A stretch of 59,084 nucleotides of DNA from a virus (lineage: Duplodnaviria > Caudoviricetes): positions 1-59,084 of the IMG/VR virus record IMGVR_UViG_3300047552_000148; one strand, given 5' to 3'. Below the pieces are notes generated by a model that was not told the DNA's origin, made no database searches, and saw only the letters and a list, made by a program, of their open reading frames with translations. The number at the start of each line of letters is the position of its first letter. Within the stretch, counting starts at the first letter, position 1. Below, in pieces: positions 56,304-59,084 of the stretch. The position numbers and the translations under genes were made by a program.

Positions 56304-56518
56304 ACATCCCCCTTCAGTGCCTTCTCAGCAGCGTCATAAATATCAGTTGGGCAGTCTGCCCGTAGTGTGCAAGCCATCATGCCGACAAGAGCGTTGCGGT
56401 AACGTGCAGCGTTTGCATGTGCTTCAGCGAGTTGGGTGCGTAGTGCATCACGTTCGTTGCGGTACTCAACCATCTTGGCGACAACCTCATCCCAAGTCAT
56501 TCGTCTTTCAGTAGTCAT
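56300..56518 (-). CDS. Hypothetical protein
   Basis: 72-aa ORF with ATGA overlaps. Confidence 0.65.
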   Translation of the reverse strand: MTTERRMTWDEVVAKMVEYRNERDALRTQLAEAHANAARYRNALVGMMACTLRADCPTDIYDAAEKALKGDV

Positions 56519-57234
56519 GTCTTGCCCCCTTGCGCTAAGTTGTCGCGTTCATTGCATACACGCTCATAGTGACCCCGCACATCTTGCAGCGTGTCTTTCA
56601 GCCTCTCATTCTCTGCCTGTAGTGCTGTGAGTGCTGAGGCGGGGTAGAGTGCCGTTGCCTCATCTAATGGTTTCTCACAAGACATGAAGCAGTCATCAGG
56701 CCAATACTGTCCGGTCAGCCAACTGTCCAGCATCACATACGCCACAGGTTCAACCTTGGTCAGCGCAGCGTCCAAATGTCGAAAGTGCGCTTCTAACTCC
56801 GGAGGAACCACATCTACCTTGGTCAGTCGCTCGACTTCTGCCTTAAGTCGCTCAATCTCACGTTCTGCCTTGCCTTCGTCCTGCGACAGTGCTGCCCACT
56901 CGCCTGTGATACGCTCTACTTCTGCCTGTGCTTCAGCGTACTTTTCAAGCACCTTTTCAGAAGTCTGGGTGCTGAAATCGACAAGCCTAGACATCTCAAG
57001 CAGCTTTGCTTTTTCTTCAGCGAGTTGGGTGCGTAGTTCAATGCCCTCACGTTGGCTTGCTGCAAGCTGCTCATAAAGCTGATCACGTTCTTGGCGTAGT
57101 GCTGCGAGTGTGGAGGCGGGGTAGAGTGGTTGCCACACTTTTGCAAATGGTGGTGCTGATTCGACAGCAATGCAGAACTGCCCGGCCTTTGGAATCCAAT
57201 ACGCCACCGGCTCCACCTTGTTTGTGTCAATCAT
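56515..57234 (-). CDS. Coiled-coil protein with a duplicated EPVAY...LYP module
   Basis: Two KVEPVAY...LYPAS repeats; likely start MIDTN at 57234. Confidence 0.7.
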   Translation of the reverse strand: MIDTNKVEPVAYWIPKAGQFCIAVESAPPFAKVWQPLYPASTLAALRQERDQLYEQLAASQREGIELRTQLAEEKAKLLEMSRLVDFSTQTSEKVLEKYAEAQAEVERITGEWAALSQDEGKAEREIERLKAEVERLTKVDVVPPELEAHFRHLDAALTKVEPVAYVMLDSWLTGQYWPDDCFMSCEKPLDEATALYPASALTALQAENERLKDTLQDVRGHYERVCNERDNLAQGGKT

Positions 57235-57659
57235 TTCTTCAACTCCCTCATAACATTTTGTTGCCAACGTCCATCCTCACGCATCACACGCAACTGGCCT
57301 AGACTTTCAATAGCAGCATCAATCGCAGCGTTCCACTCTTTACGCAGCATTTCCTGCATCATCTCTTCCATTGCAGCCAGCACCAGCTTTGCTGTCTCAG
57401 TGACTTCGACTTCAGGGTCTACCCAGATACGATCACGCTCAATACGCATGACAGGCTCTGGGTTGCCACTGTGGAAGCTAATGGACGGAGGTGGCGGGTC
57501 AGGGTTGTAAACTTTTAACCCCATAGGCTCAGACGCTGCTGGGATGCTCCACGAATCCGTATAGAGTTTCTCTGCACCACAATCGCAATGTGCAGGTCGT
57601 GGGGGATCACACAGCAGAAGCTGTGTCACGCTGGCGCAGTCGGATTTGTGTTCAATCAT
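57231..57659 (-). CDS. Hypothetical protein
   Basis: 142-aa ORF, ATGA overlaps. Confidence 0.65.
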   Translation of the reverse strand: MIEHKSDCASVTQLLLCDPPRPAHCDCGAEKLYTDSWSIPAASEPMGLKVYNPDPPPPSISFHSGNPEPVMRIERDRIWVDPEVEVTETAKLVLAAMEEMMQEMLRKEWNAAIDAAIESLGQLRVMREDGRWQQNVMRELKK

Positions 57660-57838
57660 TTCGCATCCTTCAGTTCCTTAAGGCGATCTTGCAGGTACTT
57701 AATCTCCGCACGTTTGTATGCTTCTGCGGCATGTTCGCGGATCAAGTCTTGTGCTTTATGGTAGGCAACGCCTTGGGCTTCTGTGCGAAAGCCAGCATTG
57801 ACAATGCAAAGAGCATCAATTAGTTCGCGGTCAGTCAT
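57656..57838 (-). CDS. Hypothetical protein (MTDRELI)
   Basis: AAGGA RBS, ATGA overlap. Confidence 0.6.
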   Translation of the reverse strand: MTDRELIDALCIVNAGFRTEAQGVAYHKAQDLIREHAAEAYKRAEIKYLQDRLKELKDAK

Positions 57839-58020
57839 TTGCTTTCCTTCACAACAGGCACATCGCGCCATTCGTACTTTGCACAGCGGGGCTCTGCTAA
57901 GGCCTCAAGGTCGTTCTGTATCCACTTCTGCTGCAAGACTTGGACAATCTCTTTGTAGGAGTAGCCCCCGTTGTCATCAGTTTCGCGCTCAACAAAGCGC
58001 AATTCATTTGTCGGTGTCAA
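57835..58020 (-). CDS. Hypothetical protein (MTPT..LRFVER...LQQ.W...EWRDVP)
   Basis: TTG start with AAGGAG; common phage motif. Confidence 0.65.
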   Translation of the reverse strand: MTPTNELRFVERETDDNGGYSYKEIVQVLQQKWIQNDLEALAEPRCAKYEWRDVPVVKESK

Positions 58021-58196
58021 TTTGCTTGCTCCTTCAACAATTCAATCTCTTTCCTGAAATAGCCATCGTTTTCTAATCGTGGTGTAAATTGCAGAGCAAG
58101 TTCAACAGCATCCTCCAGCCCTTGCCGGTACATAGCTTTCATCTGGGATTCGGTGTACTCATACAGGCCATCAGGTTGTCGGTCAGGTAGTTTCAT
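58017..58196 (-). CDS. Hypothetical protein (59 aa)
   Basis: Hand-translated MKLPDRQ...; AAGGAG RBS. Confidence 0.6.
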   Translation of the reverse strand: MKLPDRQPDGLYEYTESQMKAMYRQGLEDAVELALQFTPRLENDGYFRKEIELLKEQAN

Positions 58197-58504
58197 TTCT
58201 TCGCTCCTTCAATAACCGCCAAGGCAATGGCTTTCTGTGGAGTGTCTGCGTGAATCCAGCGAATAGAGTCTGAACACCATGCGCCATCAAAACGAATAGG
58301 AAAGCATTTGTACTTCTCTGCTATCGGGCCAATGACGTTCCAATCTCGGTAGTCGAATGAGCGCCCGTAATTAAGTCCTTCCACTAGCACATTGATAAAT
58401 TCCATCTCACTGTTACCGATACCAAATGTGTGATGCACGATCTGTTCAGGCTTCCAACCAATAGCCAGTGCCAAGGCTTTGGAGATTTCTAGGTCAGATT
58501 TCAC
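58193..58504 (-). CDS. Hypothetical protein, possibly NinX-like
   Basis: DW..IGPIAEK pattern. Confidence 0.55.
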   Translation of the reverse strand: MKSDLEISKALALAIGWKPEQIVHHTFGIGNSEMEFINVLVEGLNYGRSFDYRDWNVIGPIAEKYKCFPIRFDGAWCSDSIRWIHADTPQKAIALAVIEGAKK

Positions 58505-58710
58505 AGTACCCCCTTCGCCGCATCAATAGCAGAACCCATCTTGTCTTCGTAATCAGCAAGCATCCATCCGTGCTTGTTGCAATGCTCCAGTACATCAAGC
58601 ATTTGCCTGATCACAGCTTCTTGCTGGCGCAACAGGCCAGCGGCTTCGTATCGTGTCGATACGAATGGGGTGAGCAGTAGCTCATCAGCAATCCCAATAG
58701 CGCGGCTCAT
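58501..58710 (-). CDS. Hypothetical protein (AA.LLRQQEA)
   Basis: AAGGAG RBS before ATG 58710. Confidence 0.65.
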   Translation of the reverse strand: MSRAIGIADELLLTPFVSTRYEAAGLLRQQEAVIRQMLDVLEHCNKHGWMLADYEDKMGSAIDAAKGVL

Positions 58711-58910
58711 TTCAAGCACTCCTTCGCCGCTGCTAGTGCGGCATCTACTGGTGTGTACCAACGTAACGCTACGGATTTGTGAGGCTCCAGTGCTTCAACA
58801 CACAGCTTTAATGCAGCTTCTTGCTGGCGTAGTAAATCAGCGGCGTACTCAGGAACATAGGTCTTTCCCCGTGTTGTCATGCGGTCAGCCATGTCGGTAG
58901 CTTTACTCAT
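58707..58910 (-). CDS. Hypothetical protein, paralogue of its neighbour (AADLLRQQEA)
   Basis: 67-aa ORF, GGAGG RBS. Confidence 0.65.
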   Translation of the reverse strand: MSKATDMADRMTTRGKTYVPEYAADLLRQQEAALKLCVEALEPHKSVALRWYTPVDAALAAAKECLK

Positions 58911-58996
58911 ACCATCCTCCCGACAACAACGCCCATCGTGTAGCCAACGCAGAAGATAGTGACTGGGTGTGCCAGTGCGTCAATGAGTTTCTTCAT
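58907..58996 (-). CDS. 29-aa hydrophobic peptide, allele B ([29 protein letters not shown])
   Basis: Hand-translated; homologous to 10-99. Confidence 0.6.
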   Translation of the reverse strand: MKKLIDALAHPVTIFCVGYTMGVVVGRMV

Positions 58997-59084
58997 TGTC
59001 AATCTCCATAAAGTCTACACTCTCACTGTAATAGCCATTACTTGTACCATACCAACGAACATCAACATATCCCTTAGCTGTAGC
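58958..59084 (+). repeat. Direct terminal repeat, copy 2 (127 nt; probable assembly k-mer overlap)
   Basis: Identical to 61-187. Confidence 0.97.

Larger units (their letters stand above)
1..59084. other. Near-complete or complete tailed phage genome, circularly permuted assembly, podovirus-like gene set
   Basis: TerS/TerL, portal, MCP, tail, lysis and replication genes are all present; 127-nt terminal overlap; no cellular housekeeping genes and no tape-measure or sheath recognised. Confidence 0.93.

Noticed and set aside
1-59084. tRNA genes, phage RNA polymerase, or genome-wide stop-codon reassignment
   Set aside because: No cloverleaf or RNA polymerase motifs were seen by eye. TAG terminates several genes normally (for example the MCP), and read-through of the exonuclease TAG meets TGA two codons later.

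Overview
This looks like an essentially complete ~58.9 kb tailed dsDNA phage genome with a podovirus-like (short-tail) structural module. The last 127 nt (58958-59084) exactly repeat 61-187, and 1-60 is a divergent allele of 58898-58957. Two transcription arms diverge from a ~1.6 kb mostly non-coding region (4470-6075) and converge at a hairpin near 38700. The + arm (6076-38675) carries terminase subunits (TerL with a mini-intein), portal, scaffold, major capsid, decoration and tail proteins, a tail fibre with an S74 chaperone, an M15 endolysin, a holin and large internal virion proteins. The - arm carries early small genes (gp88-like, DUF932, SleB hydrolase), a tyrosine recombinase, ThyX, a T7-type primase-helicase, a family B DNA polymerase, SSB, a 5'-3' exonuclease, DUF5664, an RNA ligase, MazG, class II RNR (mini-intein beside the catalytic Cys), glutaredoxin, PhoH and a phosphoesterase. 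There are five free-standing homing endonuclease genes (HEGs). The most striking observation is that the exonuclease gene directly downstream of one HEG is broken after codon 10 by GCT-TAG-CT, with matched take-off and landing GCT codons around a stop. This suggests a minimal ribosomal 'stop-hop' coupled to a HEG, parallel to the T4 mobA/gene 60 cassette. The second is a strictly polar cluster of CCAGTGCCAC motifs written through the early genes. All calls come from motif recognition by eye; no database searches were run.
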